A stretch of DNA of 63,250 bases, the filler included. It is 11 parts of 11 records of this genome, joined end to end, with 100 filler letters (N's around TTAATTAATTAA, not from the genome) between each part and the next. Parts side by side here need not be neighbours in the genome. Positions count along the whole stretch, not along the records: positions 23,601 to 30,283 come from SRR15195285_438; positions 30,384 to 37,030 come from SRR15195285_442; 9 more parts are not named here. The stretch is one strand, 5' to 3'. Numbering within the stretch: the stretch's first letter is position 1; each line of letters starts with the position of its first letter. This document shows, in pieces, positions 23,828 through 35,732 of the stretch. The notes below the pieces were generated by a model. That model searched no databases. It was not told the DNA's origin and saw only the letters and a program-made list of their open reading frames with translations. The position numbers were made by a program, and so were the translations under genes.

Positions 23828-26368
23828 ATGACGGGCGCGATGTTTCCGAACCACACGTCGATGACGATCGCCGCGAAGGCGGAGCTTGGGCCGTGCAGCA
23901 CGCGAATGCGCTATCACCGCCCGAAATACAAGCCGCCCAAGGAGGTGGACGTGGCGCAGGCGGGCTCGTACCTCCCGCTGTATCAGCTGCGGTCGATGGG
24001 GGTACGCACGCCGTCGCCGGAGCCGCCGGAGCCGTTCTCCGCGCGCGAAGCCGCGGTTCCGTCGCTGCCGAAGCTTCCGGGCGCGTCGACGGGCGGCATT
24101 CGCAGCAGTGGGCCGCTCACTCATCCGCGCGGCAACACGAAGAAGAACCGGACGGGTAGACCGACGGGTAGATCGACGACCGGCATCGGGCCGATAAGCA
24201 CAGGCGCGCTCAAGTGGGCGCCGATGCCGCCCAAGGAGAGCCAGGTGCTGCGGCACGGGCGTGCGGATGGGCTGAAGGGTAGGTCGGGGCCGGCGCGGCG
24301 CGTCCGGCCACTGCGCGTGGACCCAACGGACACGCAAGCTCAGAGCGGCGTGCCGCAGACCCCCTTCTACGCCGCGGACACGCTTCGCGTGGCAATGGCC
24401 GTCATCCGCGCGGGGGAGCACGCCGAAGATGTGTGGCAGAAAGTGGCCGCAGAAGTGGGTGGCGATCGTGGCGCTGCTGAATGTCGACGATGCTGGGAGC
24501 GTATCCTGTGCGCTAGGTGCAACGTTGAGCTGCGAGATGCCATTCGGGAGAAGGATCTTCCCGGTCTCCGCAAAGCGCTTGGTCGTGCTGCCGCTCTGCA
24601 CTACGAGTGCCCGGAGGTGGGCGAGGCAGAGCTCTTGCAAGCGGAGCTGGAGGCCATGGTGCGAGACTATGACGACGGGATTGAAGGGGGGATCGATCAC
24701 GTGTTGCCCTGGTCTGTACAGCAGCTGGTATCGCAGCTCCGCGTAGCGCTGTATAAGACCGCGACGGGCCAGGACATAGTAAACATGCTGCGCCGCTGGG
24801 ACCACGATGGCTCTGGCGAGATTACGTATGACGAGTTTGTTGAAGCGCTGCGGGATGAGGTGAAGATGCCGACGACAGCCCTTCGGGACGACGACCTTCG
24901 CATGCTTTTCGACCACGTAGATAGCGATGGTAGCGGGGCCGTTGAGCCGGAGGAACTCATTGAGTTCCTGAAAAGAGGCTCGGGCCAGCGGCTGCGAGGC
25001 GCCAGCAAACTGCCAGACTCAGAAAAGGAGAGGCACGATAGTGTCATGAGGCAGGCTCATGAAGCTGGTCAGCTGGAAGGCATGGCGTTCGAGCGCGCTG
25101 CTAAAGGTGGGCCAGCTCGCGCCAAGAAGAAGCGTGCCAAGGCGCCCAAGCTTGTCGCGGACCTCCCACTGAAGGTCTTACTAGACAAGCTGTTCGAGAC
25201 GCAGGACGCGAATCGGTACAATATCTTGCTCCAGTCAAATGGTTTCGAGACGGTTAACGACGTTAAACTAGCAAGCCCTGAGTATTTTGAGGCGCTGGGT
25301 ATGCCGAAAGCAGCTGTAGAGCTCCTGTTGGTAGAGGCCAACCGGAAGGAAGTGGAGACGGTGGAGGAAGCGAGCCCCGAACTCATCTCGGAAGTGAAAT
25401 ATCTTGTAGGCGAGTGGTTTGAGAAGATGGATGACGATGGCAGCGGTGAGATTACCATGTACGAAGCATCTGACTTGCTGAACTCGCTGGGTCCACGGGA
25501 AGGTTCGAGGTTAACGTGGGGCGAGCTTCTAGCAGAGATAGACACAAACCGCGACGGCAAGATTTCAGTCGATGAGGTCGAAAACATTTTCCTGAATGCA
25601 GCACCCGACAATGATGAGGAGTTCATTAAGGTCGTCCTCACGCCGCTTCGCGACCTGCAGGCGCAGGGGTGGGAAGTTGTCGATATGCGGAAGAAGAAAG
25701 CGCAAGCTGAGAATCCTCACTGGCGAGACTCCGACAACAACGAGGGCGGTGTTACAGATTTGCGCAGGATCGGGGAAGAACCCGGCGAGGACAACCACAA
25801 CAAGACGATGAAATTCATTTTGTCAGGGCTTGAAGCTGCCGCAATAGTTGAATCCAACACGAAAAGAAAGGGAGCGCAGCGGGTGATAAGCAACCGGCTT
25901 GCGCAACCTGTCGGCCAAAAACTTTTTGGCATGCGGCGAGATGGCGAAGACGACGAAATTTCATGGGTTGTCAATCGAAAAAATCTCTTGGACGAGGCCA
26001 TCGACGAGGAAGAGGATGACGCCTTCAGCGCTGCTCGACAAGCACTCGCAGCTGCTGGCATCAAGCAGGTTGAGGTCCGTCCGCTCCGCAAGGGCTGGAT
26101 GGACTATGATTCAGAGACACCGATTCGCTTCATAATTCTGGACAAATGGAGAGGGCACGTGAAGAGGGAAAAGAAGTTCCGAGGAATCATTCTGCGGATG
26201 ACCATCATGCGGCAGTACATGCAGACTGCGACTTGTTTTTCGGCGTGGAAGCAGTTTCACGCTCGCTCCATGGCACGTATACGGAGAGAGAACGAGCTGG
26301 CTAAGGAGGAGACGGAGAGGAACGCGAAAGTCAGAGGCAAGGTCAAAGGCTTTTTTGGTGAGGATTGA
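23828..26368 (+). CDS. EF-hand calcium-binding protein with Myb/SANT-like and SAM-like domains
   Basis: EF loops DHDGSGEITYDE, DSDGSGAVEPEE, DDDGSGEITMYE, DTNRDGKISVDE; WQKVAAEVGGDRGAAECRRCW (Myb-like); YNILLQSNGFETVNDVKLASPEYFEALGMP (SAM-like). Start uncertain. Confidence 0.8.
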   Translation: MTGAMFPNHTSMTIAAKAELGPCSTRMRYHRPKYKPPKEVDVAQAGSYLPLYQLRSMGVRTPSPEPPEPFSAREAAVPSLPKLPGASTGGIRSSGPLTHPRGNTKKNRTGRPTGRSTTGIGPISTGALKWAPMPPKESQVLRHGRADGLKGRSGPARRVRPLRVDPTDTQAQSGVPQTPFYAADTLRVAMAVIRAGEHAEDVWQKVAAEVGGDRGAAECRRCWERILCARCNVELRDAIREKDLPGLRKALGRAAALHYECPEVGEAELLQAELEAMVRDYDDGIEGGIDHVLPWSVQQLVSQLRVALYKTATGQDIVNMLRRWDHDGSGEITYDEFVEALRDEVKMPTTALRDDDLRMLFDHVDSDGSGAVEPEELIEFLKRGSGQRLRGASKLPDSEKERHDSVMRQAHEAGQLEGMAFERAAKGGPARAKKKRAKAPKLVADLPLKVLLDKLFETQDANRYNILLQSNGFETVNDVKLASPEYFEALGMPKAAVELLLVEANRKEVETVEEASPELISEVKYLVGEWFEKMDDDGSGEITMYEASDLLNSLGPREGSRLTWGELLAEIDTNRDGKISVDEVENIFLNAAPDNDEEFIKVVLTPLRDLQAQGWEVVDMRKKKAQAENPHWRDSDNNEGGVTDLRRIGEEPGEDNHNKTMKFILSGLEAAAIVESNTKRKGAQRVISNRLAQPVGQKLFGMRRDGEDDEISWVVNRKNLLDEAIDEEEDDAFSAARQALAAAGIKQVEVRPLRKGWMDYDSETPIRFIILDKWRGHVKREKKFRGIILRMTIMRQYMQTATCFSAWKQFHARSMARIRRENELAKEETERNAKVRGKVKGFFGED

Positions 26369-27024
26369 GGCAGCTCCGCTCCCTATCGTTTGAGCCAATA
26401 TGTGCTTTCTGTGCAGTTGTGCCGCCTCGTTGTGCTGCAACAACCTCGCGCTAGCTGAAGCCAGCTGCATGGCGTGCGTGCGCGTGGATGTTGCAGCGAG
26501 GGGCGGGCGGGCTGCCCAGGCTTCCGTAGCGTTGAAACGCACGCAGCAAAATCAGACATCTGGGAATGGTCCTCATCACGAAGTTGTTGACAACGCCGAT
26601 AATGATGACGCGTAAGTCTTATGGCGGCCTCAATTTGATAGCAACTGCTGCAGATTATTCTGCAATGTAAGGCTAGCTGCTCAGTAGCATCTTCTTGCCT
26701 GTGTGCCTCCAGAGATCTGCCAGAGATGCCGGAAGAGGTACACGAAGAGGTGCACGAAGAGTTAGTCAAGCCAAGGGCAGCGTAATGCCTGCTGATGTGG
26801 GATCCGCGCGCGAAATGCACCATCACCCGAGTCTACAGTGGGAGTAGCAGTGTGCAAGCACTGGCTGTGAGTCCCAATACACCTTGATCAAGCAACGGCT
26901 GATTGACAAGACAACATGTTCGTGCATTGGGAGCACTTGATGGAAAGACAGACAGTGGGGAAGATGTGCGTTTTTGCGCCAGTGCTGCCGCATCTCCCGC
27001 GCACCGACACAGCTAGTGTAGGCA

Positions 27025-27996
27025 TCAGTCGTCGTCAACCTTGTATGACACCTGCGAGTTCACCTTGTGCACCTTGGTCGAGAACGATCGCAGCCGCATA
27101 TCCTCCGAGTTAGCGATGAATTTTGCATCGGTCTCTGCCCACTCGTCCGCAACCTTAGCGTCCTGATCTGCATATAGGAGTACCTCGAATGCGCAAGGTT
27201 CGTCTGATGTGCATGGACAGGTGCACAGAGTGAGGAGGCAGCACAAACGTGGTAGTTACGAAAGGCGCTGCGCACCGAGCATCGGGAGGAAGGTGACAGA
27301 TGCGGTGATCTGGCGGATGATGGCCTGAATTTCTTTCGTGATCTCTTTCATCGGTTTTTCGTGCACCGGTCCACCCTCTGCGGTCACCTCTTTATCCGCT
27401 TCGATATCGAACGCCCACCGTTCCAGTGTTTCTCCTGTGGTGACGCCTGTCACCACCACCACGACCTTCTGGAGTGCATGCGCCATGAGCCAGTCTGCGG
27501 CGATGACAGACACGAAAACGATGGGACATCTCAGCTAAGGTTCCCGTTCTCAACATCTAAAGGCAACCATTGTCGTGGTGTGTCCGTTGCTATCCTTACT
27601 GCGGATCATCTTGGTGACGTTCCCCAGGTACTCCTGCAGGCCGGTGTCGTTGGTGACCAGCATTGTGAGCCCGTATTTGGGGACCTGGCTGAACTGGTCC
27701 GGCGGGTAGACGCCTCGCTGCGAGGCGCGAAACGACGCAGCGGTAAGCTCACATTGCGGCACGCGGGCTAACCAAGCCAGACAGCGCGCACCTGGTAAAG
27801 AATGCTGCGAACAGGTCACGAAAGCCACAGCACGAGCACGCGGCGTCAGTGCCAGAGCAGCGCCAGAGCACGCAGTTCAGCCAGTTCGCTCGCTCGCTCG
27901 CTCGCACCTGTTGATACTGTAGCCAAAGAACTCCGTGACGATGTCCACCGATCCCTTGAGAGTGATCCCATTGGACGTCGCCGCCTTCGACGCCAT
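27025..27996 (-). CDS. MAD2: Spindle checkpoint protein MAD2 (HORMA domain)
   Basis: Exons 27996-27908, 27804-27792 (13 nt), 27717-27600, 27494-27276, 27203-27025 give ITLKGSVDIVTEFFGYSINSILYQRGVYPP...LERWAFDIE...EIQAIIRQITASVTFLP...LRSFSTKVHKV. Confidence 0.95.
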
Positions 27997-28702
27997 CCCC
28001 ACCTCCTACGCAGCTCCGATATACCACCGCCAGGGTCCTGATTCTGTCAGCGAACTATGTTACAATTCAGTCAATTAGACGGTGGAATATATGTATATAA
28101 ATGTATATATCGTTGCTTTGGCCACATTAGCGATTACTCTGCGGGCAGATCGCGGATAGGCCCCGGGGCATCTGAGTACCGTTGGAAGTCCGTGTACAAA
28201 CTCGTTTCATTGTTTTTTTACTCAAATACTTTCGACTGCACAATTCGCCATTAAAAAATCATTATATCCATCTTTTGTGCACCTTGAGTGCCACAGGTGA
28301 AAAGCTCGAGCGCACCGAATCCGTCAGCGTCACGGGCTGGGTCAGAATTCAGTCCGCAGACAGACTCAGGACCACAGAAATTTCGGTTCTAATCTTCGAT
28401 GAAATCCCGCAACTCGAGGTGGTCATAGGTCAACGGGAGTGAAGTTGTGTGACGGTAGGATCCTACTGTATTTCTCGATGAGTTCTCTCGATACTACTAT
28501 AGTCTACAGTCATACCGAGTATATCAAGCGAATCCAACCCAGCACGCAGCAGCCTGGAATCGAGTGAATTCAAGAATCCTTCGCATGAGCCGCCAACGTC
28601 CGCTGCTGGTCCAACGCCTTTTTTGCTGCCAACGGCCGTGCGCGTGGTGCCGGTGGTGGTGGCGACAAAAGACGCACACCATGGCGGTCGTACCACCAGG
28701 GA

Positions 28703-30283
28703 TTGCCAAACTTTCTCCCTCAAGGAATGGCAGTGATGAACCCACTGGGGATTTACGCTGGGGATTTGCCCATGTTTTTGGAGGCAGCGGCCCTCGTGGT
28801 GGCACTGCCATCCACTAGCCAGGGATTTGCCCATGTTTTTGGAGGCAGCAGCCCTCGGGCTGCACGATGGTGGCCCTGGCAGGCGATGTCCGCAGGTACG
28901 GATGCTGCAGCAGCAGTGTCTGAGACGCTTCAATACGCCATAGGTAGTGCACTGGCGGTGATGGCTGGGCACGGATGGGTAATCGTCGACTGGACGATGC
29001 GGGAGGATGAGAAGGCTGTGGCTCGGACGGCGCCGCGTACGAGCGGACGGCAACGATCGGCCGTGTGGGTCCGGCGCATGCAGCACGAAGAGGAGGGTAG
29101 CCTCCCACCCCCGTCGGCAATGATGCGTGATGAAGCTGCGGCGCACGCAGATGAATGTACCGTGGAAGCTACCGAACCGCCGCGAGCAATAGCGCTGATG
29201 CACAGCTGTGCGGAGCTGCAGCGCATGCAGCGAGATGAAGAGCGGCACGTTGGTAGAATGTGGGAAGAAGAGCGGCACCGTCGGGCAGAGGAGGAAGCAA
29301 TACAGCAGCAGCAGCTTCTTCTGCAGTCGCATGCTGTGTACTGGTGCAACAAGGCGGCGCAGTCTCCAGCAGCTGACAGGCTGCGCGCAGCGTTGCAGGC
29401 CGTTGCTTCACTGGAGGCTGAGTTTGCTACGTTGCTGCAGCACACGCAAGATCAGCTGGTGCAGACACCACGTGCAACTGAGCCCGCAGTGTCCCTAGTG
29501 GAATCGACCAATGACGCTGGGCAGCAGTCATCAGCATCTTCACATGGGCATCTAGCATGTGCGAGTAAACAGGCACCACAGTCAGCGCTGGACCTGGCCA
29601 TAGCTGCCGAAGAGAGAGCTTTACGAGAAGTGATCGCCAGGCGTGAGGAGGACGAACGTCAGTTTGAGCTACTGGAAGCGACACAGCAAGCACGGCGGAA
29701 AGAAGCAGAGATGCTGGGTAGGCAAAAATTAGCAGCGACGCGTGCGGACAAGTTAGCGACAGAAGCAGAAGTGCGGACGTCAGCCGCAGGAACGAGTAGA
29801 GCGCACCAAGAAGAGGAAAGCCCACTTGAGATAGACGCGCACGCACCTTCACTCGGAGACTATCAACGTAATCCGATGATGGAGGTGGCAGCAGAACTGG
29901 GGTTGGAAGAAAGAATTCTTGAGTCTGACGGTGGCGAGGACAACGACCTAGATGACGAGAGTGATAGTGATGGTGACAGCAGTGATCATGGCGGTGATTG
30001 TGGGAATAGTAGCAAAAGCAGCGCTGCGCGGACCACTGGGACGATCACAGATTCACAGCACCCAAGACAACCAAGAGCGGACACGTATCAACGTAATCCG
30101 ATGAAAGAGATGGCCGAGAGAATAGAAGCCGAAGGGGTAGAATCATTTGGTGATGAAGCAACAGTAACAAGCGTTGCTGCAGAACACGAGCATATAATGG
30201 ATGTGGAAGCAGCTGCACGCAAGGCAGCTGCAGAAACGGCAGAGGCAGAGGTAGCGCGACTAGCCGCTGAGGAGGAAGCTGCG
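28703..30283 (+). CDS. Low-complexity coiled-coil/acidic protein, 3' truncated; start uncertain
   Basis: Long open frame rich in E/A/R, with the internal repeat YQRNPM twice; runs into the spacer. Confidence 0.6.
28761..28857 (+). repeat. 36-bp direct repeat (35/36 identical), 61-bp spacing
   Basis: GGGATTTGCCCATGTTTTTGGAGGCAGC(G/A)GCCCTCG at 28761-28796 and 28822-28857. Confidence 0.85.
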
Positions 30284-30383
30284 NNNNNNNNNNNNNNNNN
30301 NNNNNNNNNNNNNNNNNNNNNNNNNNNTTAATTAATTAANNNNNNNNNNNNNNNNNNNNNNNNNNNNNNNNNNNNNNNNNNNN

Positions 30384-33300
30384 CCATACCAACAGCGGAA
30401 ACTTCATCGAGGAGCAGCAGCAGCAAGAAATGCATCGACTTGAGTTAGCGCAGCGAGAACGGGAGCAGGTACAGTGGCTGCGCAAGAGGGAGAAGGACAT
30501 TTCACAGACCATAGCACAGGCTGCAAACACCGTAGACGCGGAGGTAACCCCGCACATTCAGCGGCAGCCGTCAGGCACAGCGTGGAGAGAAGTGCCTACT
30601 TCAGAGTCTCGGACACCTAGTTCCTCATCACCTGAAGACGCTCTTGACAAGCCCACTTCATCCTCCGAGGCTTCATCGGCTCCTGCTGCACGTACTGCAC
30701 AGACTCCCCATAACCGGCCTCCAGTATTGTCGCCCGAGGATAACGTGGATCCACGCGTCTCATCGAGCTCAGTCGGCTCAGCCAAACAGGGGCGTGCTTC
30801 AGAGGAAGCACTGTGGACACCGCGAACAGCACAGGAGCGCCGCGTGACTGTGAACTTGCGGCAAAAGACATCCCAGCTCGAGCAAGAAAATGCTCAGCTA
30901 AAGAAGCAGCTACAAGACTCCCGCTCGGCAGGTGCAGTTGTCAAGCAGGAGAGCGCGGCGATGGTTTTGCGGTTGCGACAGGCTACGAAAGACTTAGAAC
31001 GCGAACGGGTGCGGGCTGGTGACGAAAGTAGAGCCCGAGCAATTTGCGAAGGCGAGCGGGATGCCGCTACCACAATGGCCAGGGCGGCAACAGACAAGTT
31101 GGCCGCGATCGAGCGCGACCAGGAACGGTACCAGTCATCGATGAAAGACCATGCTGACAGGTCCAAGACGGAGGAGTTGTCTACACGGCGACATGCAGAA
31201 AGGGTTAGAACACATTCGCCGAGGCAGCCAGACGAGGAGCATCACTGGCAGAACGAGTCGTCCGAAAGCAGCGGCAGTGGACCCAGTGTGGCTGGTGGCC
31301 CAGCATGGGAAGTGCTCAACGTACAGCTTGAAACGGAGCGTGACGCACTTAGGGCGGCAGAAGATGCTTTATTGGAATCGGAGCAAAAGCACAAACTCTA
31401 CGGGCATGATTCGTCTGCGTCTGACAAGCAGGAAGCTGGTGCTCAGTCTCGGGATTCCGAGGATGACTCAAGGCAGATGGCTGCCTCCCTGCGCCGGTCT
31501 CTGTCACCACAGCCTGAGAGAGGAAATTTGTCGAGCCCTGTACAAACGCTTGAAGAGCTTGAGCAGCGATGGGCCACGTCCGCGCAACAGCAAACAGCAA
31601 TCGCTAGTCCCTGCGATGGCCCAGCTTCAATACTAGCATCCGCAGAAAACGATGAACCGGGATTGATAGAAGTAGTGTGCCCAATAGGTGTCGCAAGCGG
31701 CGACTGGCTTACTGTCGAAATCGGCGAAGAAGGTGGTACACTTGATGTACAGGTACCGCCTGGGATTAATCCAGGCGATGCATTCCTTGTCGATGAACGT
31801 GAACAGGTTGGATCGTTGGTGACAGGTTTGGACGAATCCAGTGCTGCCGCAGCGGCAGCAGCACTCGAAGCGGCAGAACAGCGCGCAGATGAGTCAGAGC
31901 GAGAGCTCAGCGAGGTGATGGCCCAAGTTGCAGCTGCCTTGCAACGACGCACAGAGGATGCCGCCAAAATGGAACAAATGGAGTTAGCTCTAGCGACAGA
32001 AAAACAAGGGCGAGCAGCCGACCAGGCTGGTCTGAGCTCCTATCTAGACCGTGAATCGAGTCTCAAACAGTCTTTGGCTGAAGAGGAGCGACGGACAGCA
32101 CAGTCTGTGCAAGAGCTGGAGAGCATTCGAGGGCAACTGGAGATTGCAGAAGCTGAGCTACAAAAGGAAAAGCTTGCGCACGGGGAAGCCAAAGCTGAGA
32201 CTGAACGACTGATGGAGCAAGCCCGAAACAGTGCTGCGGACGTCGCGAACGCATCTGAAACAGCGTCTGCAGCGCTCCTTGCAGAGCTCCGTATGGAGCA
32301 GAACGTACGCAGTGCAGCTGAGGACGAGGTTCAGACGCTGCGTGCCGAGCTGACTAATGCGCAACATACGTCTGCCGAGGTGGCACGTTTACAGGCCCGC
32401 GTGGAACAAGAGCAGAAATCGGTAGCGGAGGTGCAGAAATCTCTCGAGCTAGCAGAGAAAAAGGTGTCAGAGGTTGTCGAGGAAACGGCATCAGCGATCA
32501 TGTTGGCACGGGCAGAGGAAGCTGCATTAGCCGTAGTGAACGCAAGAAGAGATTTGGCATCAGAAAACGAAGAGTCAGTAGCGAAAGCCGTAATGGCTGA
32601 GCGATCACGGTTAGAAGCCATCCATGCATCAGCGTCACAGCAAGCCGCAGAAGAAATAGCTCTGCTGAACACAAAAGCGAAAGCCCAATCTTTGCAGGAA
32701 AAAGAAGCGGTGGCGCTATGGGAAGAGCAAGAGACTGCATTGATGCGACAGCTAGAGGAAGCTGAGAATGATCTGGCAGAAGTGACACAGGCATATCCAC
32801 TGGCGTTGGAAGAAGCTAAAGCTTCCCTAGCAGCGGCTCACGAGCTGGAGTTGCAGGCACTGCGAGATGAGCCTCAGCCTGAGCCTGAGGACATGGTGCA
32901 TGTGAACGAGTTGGTGGCGGAGATAGAAGAGCTGAAGGTAGCGGCAGAAACACAGGCGCAACAAGAACAGGCTGCTGTTAATCTGTGGGAGAAGCAAGAG
33001 GCGTTGTTGACTAAGCAGATCGAGGAAGCAAAGCATGATCTGGAGGTCGCTCGCGAGACGAGTGCTGAGTTAGAGTCACGGAGCACAGCTGCTGCGAAAG
33101 AGATAGCCGATCTGAAGGCACAAACAGAAGCACAGGAGGTGCAAGAGAAAGAAGCGGTGACGCTGTGGGAACAGCAAGAAGCCGCATTAATGCGACAACT
33201 ACAAGAAGCCGAGAGCGATCTGGCTGAGCTCACACAGGCGTATCCTCTAGCGCTGGAGGAAGCTAAAGCTTCGCTAGCTGAAGTGCACGCACACGAAATG

Positions 33301-35595
33301 GAGGTTGCCACCGGCGTCTCAGCGCTTGTCTCGGCCGAGCCAGCATCGTTGGCCGAGCTTGCTGATGAAGACCGCATTGATGAACTACGTGCTGAGATAC
33401 ATGAGAAGCAAGAAGAAATCGAAGAGCTGTATGAAATCCACGAGCAGCGATCAAAGCAGATTTCTGCGTTAGAGCAAGATGTGCTGCACATCGGGCGCCA
33501 GTTGTCAGAGGCAGAGACTTTGAATGGAACTTTACAAGCTGAGCTGTCTGATGCGCGCACGTCAAATGCTGCAGACAATGTCGCCGCCGAAACAGTGCTG
33601 AGGGTTGAACTGAATGAAGCTCAGGCCGCAAATGAAGTGTTGCGGGTTCAGTTGGCAAATCTGGTTGAGCAAGACGACACCTGCAGTGTGCCGAAGCTCC
33701 AGGCAGATTTGCTCAAGCAAGGGGCAGCGATGAAGACTGCTGAGGAGGCCCATCGGAAATCGCTGCAGAACGTGTTGGCTGCACACGCAGCGGAACTCAA
33801 TGCTCTCAAGGATGCACACGCCGTTGAGGTTGCAGCCGCGCGAAGTGAAGCTGTGAAAAGGTCTGAAACTGCACAGGCGGCCTTACTGAACGTGCGCACG
33901 ATGCTCACACCTGTGAAGGGCAATGTGGACCGAGCTGCTGATAATGTGACGCCAGGTCATTTAATTCCACCGCCGGTAGCTTCCCGAAAGGACGACACCA
34001 CTGTGGCACTGCAGGAGCGCGAGGCTGCAGCGCTGCAGCAGGTTGAAGAGCTACGAGCACGTTTGGAGCAAATGGAAAAGATGCATCAGCCCAGGCCTGT
34101 TGGTAGAGATGGCAATGTTAGCGCTGTGGCGCGATCTCGATCGAGCGAAATGGCTCACACCGTGCGTGCGATGCTATCTGGGGTGGAGATCGGAACACCG
34201 GCAAGAGGCACAGACTCGGGAGCACCTTCAGCTGCGCAGCTGCAAGATGAATACCTGACAAGGGCAGTGTTAGCTGCCGAGATTGCTCAATCCAACACTC
34301 CAAATACGGCAAAGCGAAAGCAAGAGCTGCTGGGATCGGCCGGAGCCGGCAGCACCCCTGCAGATCTTGCTAAATATCGCCCAGATGATTATGACAGCAC
34401 AGTCGAAAGACGCCAGCGAGAGGCAGAGATCAAGTCTACCCTCGAAGCAGGGATGATATCCCCAGCCGAAGCAGAAAAAATGCTCCTACATCACAAGCTT
34501 GAGGCCTCGCTGACACCGGCAAAGGACGACATAGTTCACAGTCCGCAAGCCGAAAATGCGCCTGTGGACGCTACCAGCTGGGATCAGCTAGCGCACAACC
34601 TCGACAATGCACTGACTGATGCACACCAGACCATGCAATCTACTGCCGATCGCGCCGATGACGATGCCAATGCTGACGAAATAAACCCATTCGAACCCTC
34701 GTCTGGAATGGAACTGGAGTCCTTTGTTCCTGAGCCGACTGCAGAAAACGACAGTGATCCGTTCAAGACCTCGTCTGATGAAGATGATAGGCCGCTGTCT
34801 CCCGTCCCCGAACATGAAGAGTCACTAGGAATGCCCTGTTCAGACATTGCAGACAGCTGCGAGGAGGACATGGCAGTGGCGGGTGGCCAGAATGATCCAG
34901 CGACTATTACAGCCAGCATGGACATGTCCGACCGCCACCATAACGGTGATTTCACGCAAGAAACTGGCGCATTCACTGTTGAAGAGCAGATGGACCCTTT
35001 CGAAGAAGCTGCGGCCAGCGCAATGCTGTCCAGGATGGCTGCGGGCGCGGATGACGCCAGCGATTCCGACCCGTTTCGCACTTGGTCCGACGAGGACACG
35101 CGGTTGAGCATTCTCAGCCCGGTACTTGAGGATGCCGCGGGTGAAGCTGGTTCTCAGTCAGACTTATCGCAGCAGTCGGCTGTGTCGCTGCTCGAAGAGC
35201 ACTGCCGACATGCTTCTGTCGCGACTGCGACTGTTGCATCGGGCAGCAGCACTGCTGCGGAGAACATGCATTTGGTGAAAAGCATGCAAGCAAGCCTCGA
35301 CGAACACAGTCCGATTCCTGCAAGCGCATACGTGACGGAGAGCCTCGTCGAACGCATGAAAGTGATCTCTGCCAGCACGTCATCAACGCCCACTGCCAAT
35401 GCGCTAGCACACCGACGGACTCAGTCCGCACAGCAGCCAATATTTCCACAAGAGGAGCTGCCGCGCAGTCCCGACAATGTGAACGTCTCGATGAGCAGTC
35501 TTCTTGATGGATCTTCGGATGATTTTTTATCAGAATCTGAAAGTGGAAGCACTGAAGACGAACACGTGGACGTGGAGGTGGAGACAGACGTGTGA
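30384..35595 (+). CDS. Large coiled-coil protein, probably 5' truncated, with an internal ~45-aa duplication
   Basis: 1721-aa ORF, heptad-rich; QEKEAV.LWE.QE.ALMRQL.EAE.DLAE.TQAYPLALEEAKASLA twice; small IEVVCPIGVASGD...VQVPPGINPGDAFLV module. Confidence 0.8.
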
Positions 35596-35732
35596 GCTCT
35601 TGTGATGGCGTCTCAACACGCCGAGCGCGGCTCAGCCTGATATTCGAATGCATTGACTCGTACCCAACAACGCAACTTCATTCCGAACGACACGACTGTC
35701 AGGAGCACAGGGCCATTCGTTGTCTAGCCGAA

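Noticed and set aside
23549-24916. 455-aa minus-strand ORF, and similar long antisense ORFs such as 44458-46008
   Set aside because: Shadow ORFs opposite well-supported GC-rich genes; no motifs.
28703-35595. Joining the two coiled-coil ORFs across the spacer into one giant gene
   Set aside because: Composition is similar, but contig order across artificial spacers is not evidence of linkage.
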